Positions 8,739 to 15,966 of a DNA stretch of 45,410 nt are shown piece by piece. Under the pieces are notes generated by a model, which saw only the letters and a list, made by a program, of their open reading frames with translations, searched no databases and had not been told where the DNA came from. The DNA comes from a bacterium (GTDB lineage: Bacteria > Bacteroidota > Ignavibacteria > Kapaibacteriales > UBA961): positions 5,916 to 51,325 of the forward strand of contig JALHLL010000001.1 of the NCBI GenBank assembly GCA_022844575.1. Direction: 5' to 3'. Position 1 is the stretch's first letter; every line of letters starts with the position of its first letter. Position numbers and translations under genes: made by a program.

Positions 8739-9281
8739 TCACGGATTTAATTTTTTCTTTAATTCTTCCGGTAAATCGTGTTCACTAATAAAATTCAAAA
8801 TACTATACTTCACATCACTTTCCGGTAATCTGTTACAAATTCTGTGCAAAAGCCAAAAATCCAAATAATAATATTTATTATTTAATACCATGAAGGGTGA
8901 TGGACCTAAATATAAAGTGTCGGCTACACCATATTTCCACTTGAATACACAGATCGTCCTGACATGAATCGGATATACCCCCAACTCCTTTTCATTCTTT
9001 ATCTTTTCGATTCTTTTCGCGATATAATTATACAAAGTGTCAGAAGTTTTTTCCTCTAAGGTAATCAGTCTTTCTGCAGAAGGTAAAAGGGAAGCTAACT
9101 GTTTTGCATTTCTTAACGATTTCATTCCAAGAGGTCTTGCCCACGATCCTCCTACATCGACTTGTACTTTTATTAGTATATTCTCTTGAGAAGAAGCTAT
9201 GTTAGTATTGCAACTATGCAACAAAATACAGAGAAACAAGACTATTGTTTTTTTTAAGTACTGATTACTTGTAAGATACAT
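8739..9281 (-). CDS. hypothetical lipoprotein (paralogue of 8052-8552)
   Basis: It has a signal peptide with a lipobox (ILLHSC). It shares a C-terminal domain with the 166-aa neighbour. No family was recognised. Confidence 0.6.
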   Translation of the reverse strand: MYLTSNQYLKKTIVLFLCILLHSCNTNIASSQENILIKVQVDVGGSWARPLGMKSLRNAKQLASLLPSAERLITLEEKTSDTLYNYIAKRIEKIKNEKELGVYPIHVRTICVFKWKYGVADTLYLGPSPFMVLNNKYYYLDFWLLHRICNRLPESDVKYSILNFISEHDLPEELKKKLNP

Positions 9282-9345
9282 AAGGTATTCTTTTCATACT
9301 CATATTACTCGGATCTATAATTTGTCTCACTTTTCACGTGTGTAA

Positions 9346-9416
9346 GTGGCAGCGCACGTTATGCAGCTTATGCCGAGCATAGATTGTTTGCTGCTACTAA
9401 TGAAGGTTTCAAGTAA
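9346..9416 (+). pseudogene. relic 3' end of a second metallophosphoesterase gene
   Basis: The segment 9346-9412 aligns without gaps to 6634-6700 of the intact gene at roughly three quarters nucleotide identity by eye. In frame it reads GSARYAAYAEHRLFAATNEGFK-stop, versus GGARDTAYGEHSLFAATNGGYV in the intact protein. No homology is seen upstream of 9346. Confidence 0.75.
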
Positions 9417-9423
9417 TTTCCTT

Positions 9424-10155
9424 TTATATCTCGGAATTGAATTTAATAATTTTTTCCCAATCTATAGAGCCATTTTCTTTACAGAATTCAATAGAAAATT
9501 CTCTCGTAAATCTATTAATCATTTGTGCGTACAAGGTGTCAAATTCATCGTTTTTCTCTTTTGCCTTAAATCCTAAAGGCTCTATAATTTCAAGAAAAAG
9601 ATTCTGTTCTCCTGAGATAAATTCCCAAAATCGTTGACCGCAATACTTAAAGTGTTCGCCTTTATCAGGATTATTGTCTTTTCCATAACAACATCCGTTT
9701 ATGGCAACAATATTCAATCCCGAATTACTTGTACGTAACGCTTTTTTGGCTGTCTTAAAATCGGAAACCATTTTTGCCATTTGCGAACTATTTCCCCAAT
9801 TCGGACCGGACTTAATTGTTACAATGTAACGTATTCTATCATTATCAAACTCCAAGTCAATTCCCGTGATACCCGATTTCTTACCATCATATACTTTACT
9901 ATTTATAAAGATAGCCAAACCCTCTAACCAATCTCCGAATATGGTCTCTTCATTAGAAGAAATATGAGCATCTATTATTCCCCGAACAATTTGCTCGGCT
10001 GTTAAAACGTTTTTTGCCTTAAAAAGATACGGGTTCTTTCTTTTGAGAACTTTCGATAATTTCAGTTCATCCAAACTCTGAATGCGCTTCTTGTGAAATG
10101 TCCCTATATTTTCCTCAACGTATTGCGATACGTCTGCCCGATTTAGTTTTTTCAT
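9424..10155 (-). CDS. putative type II restriction endonuclease (Eco47II/PmeII-like by recollection of the KNPYLFKAKN region)
   Basis: It is 243 aa, and its start overlaps the 3' end of the methyltransferase gene by 41 nt. The N-terminal region LSKVLKRKNPYLFKAKN...IFGDWLEGLAIF resembles sequences I recall annotated as small type II REases. The family assignment is unverified. Confidence 0.55.
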   Translation of the reverse strand: MKKLNRADVSQYVEENIGTFHKKRIQSLDELKLSKVLKRKNPYLFKAKNVLTAEQIVRGIIDAHISSNEETIFGDWLEGLAIFINSKVYDGKKSGITGIDLEFDNDRIRYIVTIKSGPNWGNSSQMAKMVSDFKTAKKALRTSNSGLNIVAINGCCYGKDNNPDKGEHFKYCGQRFWEFISGEQNLFLEIIEPLGFKAKEKNDEFDTLYAQMINRFTREFSIEFCKENGSIDWEKIIKFNSEI

Positions 10156-10993
10156 TGCGCTTTCCGTTATCCAAATGAAATAAGTCCGTTTTTTTCAGTT
10201 TCTTTCTCACCATTTCATAGTATTCGGGAACAATATCAATCCCTATGGAATTTCTACCCATCCTATCGGCTACTATTAATGTTGTACCGGAGCCCATAAA
10301 CGGATCAAGAACGGTGTCACCTTCTTTTGTAAAAAGCTTTATAAACCATTCGGGCAACTCTTCGGGAAAAGCAGCACTATGGTTTTTATTATTGCACTCG
10401 GTTGCCAAATGCAGTACATTGTTCGGGTATGCCATATCCCTTTTTAACCAATTGGATATATTCTTACCGAAGCCACTACCCACTTTAGAATTGTCTCTTA
10501 TTTTATCCGTTTCCGAAAGATTTTTTAATCGGGATTTCGCCCAATCGCCCATCGGAACCATAACCGCTTCCTGATACATATTAAATTTTTTGCTTTTATT
10601 AAATTGTAATAAACGCTCCCAAGAATCACGGAAACGGTTAGGCCATTTACCCGGGTAACTGTTTTTTTTATGCCATATAAACTCTTCAGTCCATAACCAC
10701 CCTTGCTTTCTCATCTCCATAATAAGTTCCATTACATAGGTACTTCTTTCCCCTTCAACAACTTTTTCCTTGATATTCAGAATAAAAGTGCCCGATGGTT
10801 TCATCACCCTCAATAATTGCTCGGAAATCGGTAAAAACCATTCCACGTACTTATCGGGGTGTATGCCACCATATGTACTTTTCCGTTGGTCGGCATAAGG
10901 GGGCGATGTAACGATTAAATCAATGGAGTTATCACTCAGTAATTGTAATTGTTCTTTACTGTCGCCTAAATATATATCTGTCTGTATTTTCAT
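10115..10993 (-). CDS. site-specific DNA methyltransferase, N4-C/N6-A beta class
   Basis: Motif IV TSPPY (DLIVTSPPYADQ) is near the N-terminus. The AdoMet motif I DPFMGSGTT is near the C-terminus. This order is the beta-class permutation. SPPY is more typical of N4-cytosine enzymes. Confidence 0.85.
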   Translation of the reverse strand: MKIQTDIYLGDSKEQLQLLSDNSIDLIVTSPPYADQRKSTYGGIHPDKYVEWFLPISEQLLRVMKPSGTFILNIKEKVVEGERSTYVMELIMEMRKQGWLWTEEFIWHKKNSYPGKWPNRFRDSWERLLQFNKSKKFNMYQEAVMVPMGDWAKSRLKNLSETDKIRDNSKVGSGFGKNISNWLKRDMAYPNNVLHLATECNNKNHSAAFPEELPEWFIKLFTKEGDTVLDPFMGSGTTLIVADRMGRNSIGIDIVPEYYEMVRKKLKKTDLFHLDNGKRNEKTKSGRRIAIR

Positions 10994-11053
10994 CTTTCAT
11001 TCGTTTTACTACACCGATACCGATATTATCTTATATACCAAGTAAGGTTTAAG

Positions 11054-11061
11054 CAAACTTA
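11054..11061 (-). promoter_or_regulatory. candidate -7 box TAAGTTTG for the R-M operon
   Basis: It matches the Bacteroidetes-type TAnnTTTG motif on the minus strand, 61 nt upstream of the ATG at 10993. Such 6-position matches are not rare in AT-rich DNA. Confidence 0.25.
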
Positions 11062-11180
11062 CCTATTGCGGTTAATTTTGCCAAGATAAATCTCTTCTTT
11101 CGTAAATCGATTAATTATTGTTACAGTGTAGGGCGACGGATAAGGCAAAGTAATACTGTATGGTTGAAAACACCGAATTC

Positions 11181-11218
11181 ATAAAACAAAAGGGCGCATT
11201 TCCGAAGAAATACGCCCT
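11181..11218 (-). terminator. rho-independent terminator of cassette 1
   Basis: The minus-strand RNA reads AGGGCGUAUUUC-UUCG-GAAAUGCGCCCU, followed by UUUGUUUUAU. It is near-identical to the terminator at 19024-19060. Confidence 0.8.
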
Positions 11219-11221
11219 TCT

Positions 11222-11241
11222 TTTCCGTGTGGGGTATGGAG
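11222..11241 (-). promoter_or_regulatory. conserved 3'-UTR box, copy 1 (minus-strand RNA CUCCAUACCCCACACGGAAA)
   Basis: This 20-nt stretch is identical to 19062-19081. It lies between the stop codon and the terminator, whereas the adjacent C-terminal coding sequences of the two genes have diverged strongly. Confidence 0.6.
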
Positions 11242-11252
11242 GGAAAAGTATT

Positions 11253-14200
11253 TTATTTTTGAACAGTAAGCGGAAGTGTTACCGTTTCATCGCCGGTTTG
11301 TAAACGAACAAAGTAAACACCATTACTCAAATCGCGTGTTGTTATCGCAAATTGATATTGACCTGCCGTCTGTGTTTCCGAGAACAGATTTGAAACAACT
11401 GTTCCGAGTGAATTAACAATACTTACGCTCACATTTTCACTTACAGTAAGCGTATATTGAACTATAGCGCGTTCTTGTGCCGGATTCGGGTATATAGTCG
11501 AAGAAACAACTGTTGTTTGTGACGGTGTTTCTTCATCAACTCCTACTACCGGAATTTGTGCTTTATATTCAGCATTGATAGGGTCATATTCAGTCCATTC
11601 GGCATCCCAACGTTGCAAGCCCATAGCACCGCGGAATGTAACTCTCTCGAAGTGACTGTCATCAATTGCAACCGCTCCGTCTTTCGTAAAGTTTGCACCC
11701 GTTAGCATCGGCGAATTGTCAATTGTCATAGGGTTAAACTCCACAATCTCAAATGGACTTTGGAGCATTGCTTTGCTCGGCGAGCTCTTATCAATAACAT
11801 TATTAAATTTCGCCGTTGTAATCCAGTCCGTATTCATACCGGCAGGAGGCGTTCCGCCCGCAAGGTTTAATATCGTAGAACGAATACCGTATATGGCATT
11901 ATTGCGTATTTGTAATGAATCCGTTAACGCCGCATTCATCGTCGGGACTTGTGCAATTTCAATACCGCGACCCCATCCCATAATCAATGAGTTAAATACC
12001 GATGTACGTGCATTTCTACGTATTTGAAGCCCTGCACCATAACGCGGATTCGGTACTTTCGATGTATCGTTAATAGGACCGATTGCGGTCAAGTTTGAGA
12101 AGATAGGACTTGTTAACGGTTTTCTTGTCGAACCGTTTGCATCATTATCCATTTCCATTACTTGGCTTGTACTTTGGTCGGCACGATTAGGGTGTCTTTG
12201 TGCAATCGCAAATTGAACTCTACCGCTCCAACCATTATCTCCATCAAAGTCATCATCAAGTGCAGCTATCGAGATAAGATGTTTAGCGTTTACAGTACCG
12301 CCAAACCATTCATAAGAATCATCATTGGCATAAGAAACCTGAACATTGTTCATAACCGTTTTACGACCCACTGCGCCCATTGTTAAACCGTTAAGCTCCT
12401 GATTTGGCTGTAATGCCAAACCACCGAATTCAATACGAACATATTCAAGAATACCGCTACTGTCATTATCATCATTACCGCCAAAATACCAGCGTGTTTT
12501 ATTATTCGGGTCGGCAACGCCGCCTTCCATTGCTGCTTCGCCACCCGGATTATTGATTGTAGCCTTTCCGAACATGAGTAAACCGCCCCAGTCACCGGAT
12601 TCGCGTTGACCCGGAGCTGCAAGACTTGAGAATATAATAGGAAGTTTTGCAGTACCTTTGGCAATAATTTTTCCGCCACGATTTACAACCAATGCACAGT
12701 TTTTACCTACAGAATCGCCAAGTATAATCGTTCCCGGAGGTATTACCAATACACCGCCATTATCAACGTGTACATAGCCGCGTAAGCCGTAAATTTTAGT
12801 GTTTGAAAGCTGTACCCGTTTACTTATGCCACCGGTAATAAACGAATCCACTTTACTTGCCGCAGGACGGAAAATTGCAAAAGGATTATCGCTTATATCA
12901 TTCTTCGTTTCATCCGATAAAAGTATCATACGGATATATCCCGTATTCGTTAATTGATCGGGAACGAGGAAGCCGCCAACAATACGACCGCGACGAATAG
13001 TACTGCTTCTATTACTGTCAATGATGTTTTCAAGACCTTTAATAACATTCCATGGGCCACTTGCAGATGCACCATATTCAAAGCGATAATGACGACGATA
13101 GCCGCCTACGGTATCATATGTAATATCAATCGAACGACCGGGACGATAACGCTCGCCTGAACCTGCACCCGGTGTAAGAATACGTACGGTACCATCCACA
13201 GGTTTATCAACGGTAATAGTAAACGGTTTTTCATTCTGCGATGAAATAGCATCAACAGGGTTACCGTTTGCAGCCAAAGCTGTCATACGTACATATCCGC
13301 TTGTAGTTGCTACATTCGGTACAGTAAATCCTGCCATAACTTTACCGCGCATTGCTCCTTCATCCAAAACATTTACTGCACCGGTAACATCATTCCATGG
13401 GTCGGTATCATTCAAACGATATTGGAAACGGAAACGCGAACCTGCTGTAGCTGTTGTATCCCATACCAAATCCACTTTGGAACTACCTTTTAATGTAGTT
13501 TCGCCTGCCGGTTGTAATAATTTGATACCAACTATACGAAAAGCTTGTGGGTTTGTAGAATATACTGTTGTCGGTGACCCGTTTTCATTAAGAATAGTCA
13601 TTCTCACATAAGCAGTTTCCGCAGGTGTATTCGGTAAAATCAAACCGTCAGCAAGAAAATGCTCACCTTTATCGATAACTGTTTCAGCACCCGGAATCGT
13701 CGTCCACGGACCATTTTCCGAAGTGGCAAACTCAAAGCGAAGTTTCACATCAAAAGGATTCTGTCCAGCCGGCTCCTGTCTCCAAACTATGCTTTTACGT
13801 GTTCCTACACGATATACTTCACCGCCTGCAGGAGATGTTAATGTCATTTTCAAAATGGTAATTGGCCCGAGAATACTTGCCGCATCGGGGTTAACAGTGC
13901 CGTCGCGACGTAATGCTACCATTCTGATATACCCGTTATTTGTTGGAACTGAAGGTACGCGAAAACCATTCACTATGCGCCCGCGGGTACTGCCTTCATC
14001 GGTAATATCTTCGGCACCTTGTATATCAGTCCATGGTCCTTCAATCGAAGTGGAAAATTGGAATTTATAACGCAAACCGCGTGAACCGGTCGTATCCCAA
14101 GCTAAATCAGCCGTTGTACCTACAATATATGCCTGCCCCGTTACAGGTGCTGTTAAGCGAAGTGAAGCACCGGAAACAGTCGGAGCACCGGCTATATACG

Positions 14201-15911
14201 GAGCATTAATCGGATCGTAATTTGCCCATTGATAATCCCAACGAAGCCCGTCTCCAAATGCACCGCGATGATTTACTCTTTCAAAAAACGGAGCATCAAT
14301 AGCAGCAAAACCATCACGTGTAAACGAAGCACCGTTTAATACGGGCGAACCCGGATTCGGCACGGCACTAAATGCTATATCGGAAAAAGGGTTCTCTAAT
14401 TGTGCTGCCGAAGGATTATTGGAAGCATCATTGATATTGTTAAATCTCGCGGTACTTATCCATGAAGTCGTCATACCGGCAGGCGGTGTACCACCTGCAA
14501 GATTTAACCATGTTGTTTTAATACCAAACCATGTGTTATTACGAATCTGTAATGTATCATTATATGCAGCGTTCATGGTCGGCACTTGAGCTATTTCAAA
14601 ACCGCGAGGCCAACCGAGAAAAATAGAATTAAAAACAGCAAGTAGTGATGCACGGCGGATTTGCATAGCAGCACCAAAACGCGGATTCGGTGTTTCCGAA
14701 ACATTTTGTAATGGGCCTATAACCGTAACATTCGAGAAGATACCCGATGTACGCGGTACGCGGAATGAACCGCTCGCATCATTATCCGATTCAAATGCTT
14801 GACTTGTTGACTGGTCGGCACGGTTTGCGCTCCGTTGTGAAACCGCAAATTGTACCCTACCACGCCATCCATTATCCGCATCAAAATCATCATCAAGACA
14901 TGAAGTAGAAATAATATGTCTTGCATCAACCGTACCACCGAACCATTCAAAGGCGTCATCATTAGCATAACTCACCTGTACATGATCCATAATCGTACCT
15001 CTACCGACACCGCCCATTGTCAAACCGTTCAATTCTTGATTAGGTTGCAAGGCGATACCACCGAATTCGATACGTACATAACGCAGAATACCGCTATTAT
15101 CATTATCATCAGTTCCGCCAAAATACCAGCGTGCTTTATTATTCGGATCGGCAACGCCGCCTTCCATCGCTGCTTCTCCACCCGGATTATTGATTACCGC
15201 TTTACCCAGAATGATCATTCCTCCCCAATCACCCGGAGCACGTGAACCCGGCGGTGCACTGCTTGTGAATACAATAGGCGCATCGGCACGACCATCGGCA
15301 ATAAGTTTACCGCCACGATTAATAATGAGTGCCGAGTTAACACCTACCTGATCGCCGACAACTATAGTACCCGGTTCAACAACTAAAGTTCCACCGGCAT
15401 CAACATGAAAATACCCTCTTATCCCGTAAATTTTATCACGGGTAAGTGTACGTGTTTCGCCTCCGGCTACAGCGCCCTGCAAGTATTCATCAATTTTTGT
15501 TGTCTGCGGTTGCTCGATTTTAAAAGGAAACTGATTGATACTGGTTTTCGTATTATCGCTCAATAAAACCTGACGTATATAACCGGTGCTTGTAGGTGTT
15601 GCAGGAACGCGAAACGCGCCGATAACACGACCCGCCCGAACGGTACCGCTAGCGTTACTATCTACAATATTGGAAGCACCGCTGATAGTTGTCCACGGTC
15701 CGGATGCCGAAGTTGAAAACTCAAAACGATAACGTGGACGCGGCGTTACACTTGACGGTGAGGTCTCATACACTAAGTCCACGGAGTTACCCGCTCGGTA
15801 GCTCTCATTCGGAGCTGCGCCCGGCGATAGAAATTTTACGGTCTGCGAAAAAGAGACCGAACCCGTCATACACAAAAGTATAAGTACGGAAATTGTAATA
15901 CGTTGATTCAT
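11253..15911 (-). CDS. 1552-aa T9SS-sorted surface protein: two [Ig-like + beta-helix-like] modules bridged by three extra Ig-like domains
   Basis: It has a signal peptide. The modules span aa 23-575 and aa 908-1460 and share long motifs (GDWGG, NNPGGEAAMEGGVADPNNK, WYFGG.DDND.SGIL.YVRIEFGG, NQELNGLTMG, DD..EWFGGTV, ADQSTSQ). The C-terminus (YPNPAQERAIVQYTL...GVYFVRLQ) is a Por_Secre_tail-type CTD. It lies 55 nt downstream of its TBDR. Confidence 0.85.
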   Translation of the reverse strand: MNQRITISVLILLCMTGSVSFSQTVKFLSPGAAPNESYRAGNSVDLVYETSPSSVTPRPRYRFEFSTSASGPWTTISGASNIVDSNASGTVRAGRVIGAFRVPATPTSTGYIRQVLLSDNTKTSINQFPFKIEQPQTTKIDEYLQGAVAGGETRTLTRDKIYGIRGYFHVDAGGTLVVEPGTIVVGDQVGVNSALIINRGGKLIADGRADAPIVFTSSAPPGSRAPGDWGGMIILGKAVINNPGGEAAMEGGVADPNNKARWYFGGTDDNDNSGILRYVRIEFGGIALQPNQELNGLTMGGVGRGTIMDHVQVSYANDDAFEWFGGTVDARHIISTSCLDDDFDADNGWRGRVQFAVSQRSANRADQSTSQAFESDNDASGSFRVPRTSGIFSNVTVIGPLQNVSETPNPRFGAAMQIRRASLLAVFNSIFLGWPRGFEIAQVPTMNAAYNDTLQIRNNTWFGIKTTWLNLAGGTPPAGMTTSWISTARFNNINDASNNPSAAQLENPFSDIAFSAVPNPGSPVLNGASFTRDGFAAIDAPFFERVNHRGAFGDGLRWDYQWANYDPINAPYIAGAPTVSGASLRLTAPVTGQAYIVGTTADLAWDTTGSRGLRYKFQFSTSIEGPWTDIQGAEDITDEGSTRGRIVNGFRVPSVPTNNGYIRMVALRRDGTVNPDAASILGPITILKMTLTSPAGGEVYRVGTRKSIVWRQEPAGQNPFDVKLRFEFATSENGPWTTIPGAETVIDKGEHFLADGLILPNTPAETAYVRMTILNENGSPTTVYSTNPQAFRIVGIKLLQPAGETTLKGSSKVDLVWDTTATAGSRFRFQYRLNDTDPWNDVTGAVNVLDEGAMRGKVMAGFTVPNVATTSGYVRMTALAANGNPVDAISSQNEKPFTITVDKPVDGTVRILTPGAGSGERYRPGRSIDITYDTVGGYRRHYRFEYGASASGPWNVIKGLENIIDSNRSSTIRRGRIVGGFLVPDQLTNTGYIRMILLSDETKNDISDNPFAIFRPAASKVDSFITGGISKRVQLSNTKIYGLRGYVHVDNGGVLVIPPGTIILGDSVGKNCALVVNRGGKIIAKGTAKLPIIFSSLAAPGQRESGDWGGLLMFGKATINNPGGEAAMEGGVADPNNKTRWYFGGNDDNDSSGILEYVRIEFGGLALQPNQELNGLTMGAVGRKTVMNNVQVSYANDDSYEWFGGTVNAKHLISIAALDDDFDGDNGWSGRVQFAIAQRHPNRADQSTSQVMEMDNDANGSTRKPLTSPIFSNLTAIGPINDTSKVPNPRYGAGLQIRRNARTSVFNSLIMGWGRGIEIAQVPTMNAALTDSLQIRNNAIYGIRSTILNLAGGTPPAGMNTDWITTAKFNNVIDKSSPSKAMLQSPFEIVEFNPMTIDNSPMLTGANFTKDGAVAIDDSHFERVTFRGAMGLQRWDAEWTEYDPINAEYKAQIPVVGVDEETPSQTTVVSSTIYPNPAQERAIVQYTLTVSENVSVSIVNSLGTVVSNLFSETQTAGQYQFAITTRDLSNGVYFVRLQTGDETVTLPLTVQK
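11532..13190 (-). repeat. intragenic duplication, module 2 (Ig-like + beta-helix-like, aa 908-1460)
   Basis: See module 1. For example, 12478-12558 and 15115-15195 are 81 nt long with only 4 differences. Confidence 0.8.
13212..14168 (-). repeat. three tandem Ig-like domains of about 105 aa (aa 582-900)
   Basis: Each unit has the pattern L..P..G......G...D..WDT.......R..F.......GPW..I.GA....D.G...G.....F.VP.......GY(I/V)RM, which recurs at about aa 582, 688 and 795. The same domain heads both beta-helix-like modules. Confidence 0.7.
14187..15845 (-). repeat. intragenic duplication, module 1 (Ig-like + beta-helix-like, aa 23-575)
   Basis: It aligns along its whole length with aa 908-1460 of the same protein and with aa 24-600 of the 695-aa protein at 19097-21184. 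Confidence 0.8.
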
Positions 15912-15966
15912 AAAAATACCTTAAAGGTTATTTAATAAATACTGTTTCTGAAATATGAATTTATAA

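Noticed and set aside
9346-9576. Plus-strand 76-aa ORF (GTG start).
   Set aside because: Its first 23 codons are an out-of-frame read of the phosphoesterase relic. The rest is antisense to the restriction endonuclease gene.
11073-11080. Plus-strand TAATTTTG box in the spacer between the R-M pair and cassette 1.
   Set aside because: There is no plus-strand gene downstream, since the next gene is on the minus strand. This illustrates that isolated TAnnTTTG matches occur by chance in this AT-rich DNA, so all promoter calls here carry low confidence.
13723-14070. Numerous antisense or out-of-frame ORFs of 60-140 aa inside the large genes (for example 13723-14070, 14916-15245, 20241-20666, 35828-36211, 41918-42280, 2649-2954, 4861-5220 and 32304-32633).
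   Set aside because: All are nested in long ORFs with strong family motifs on the other strand or frame. They have odd compositions (Ser/Arg/Ile-rich) and no start context. They are typical shadow ORFs.
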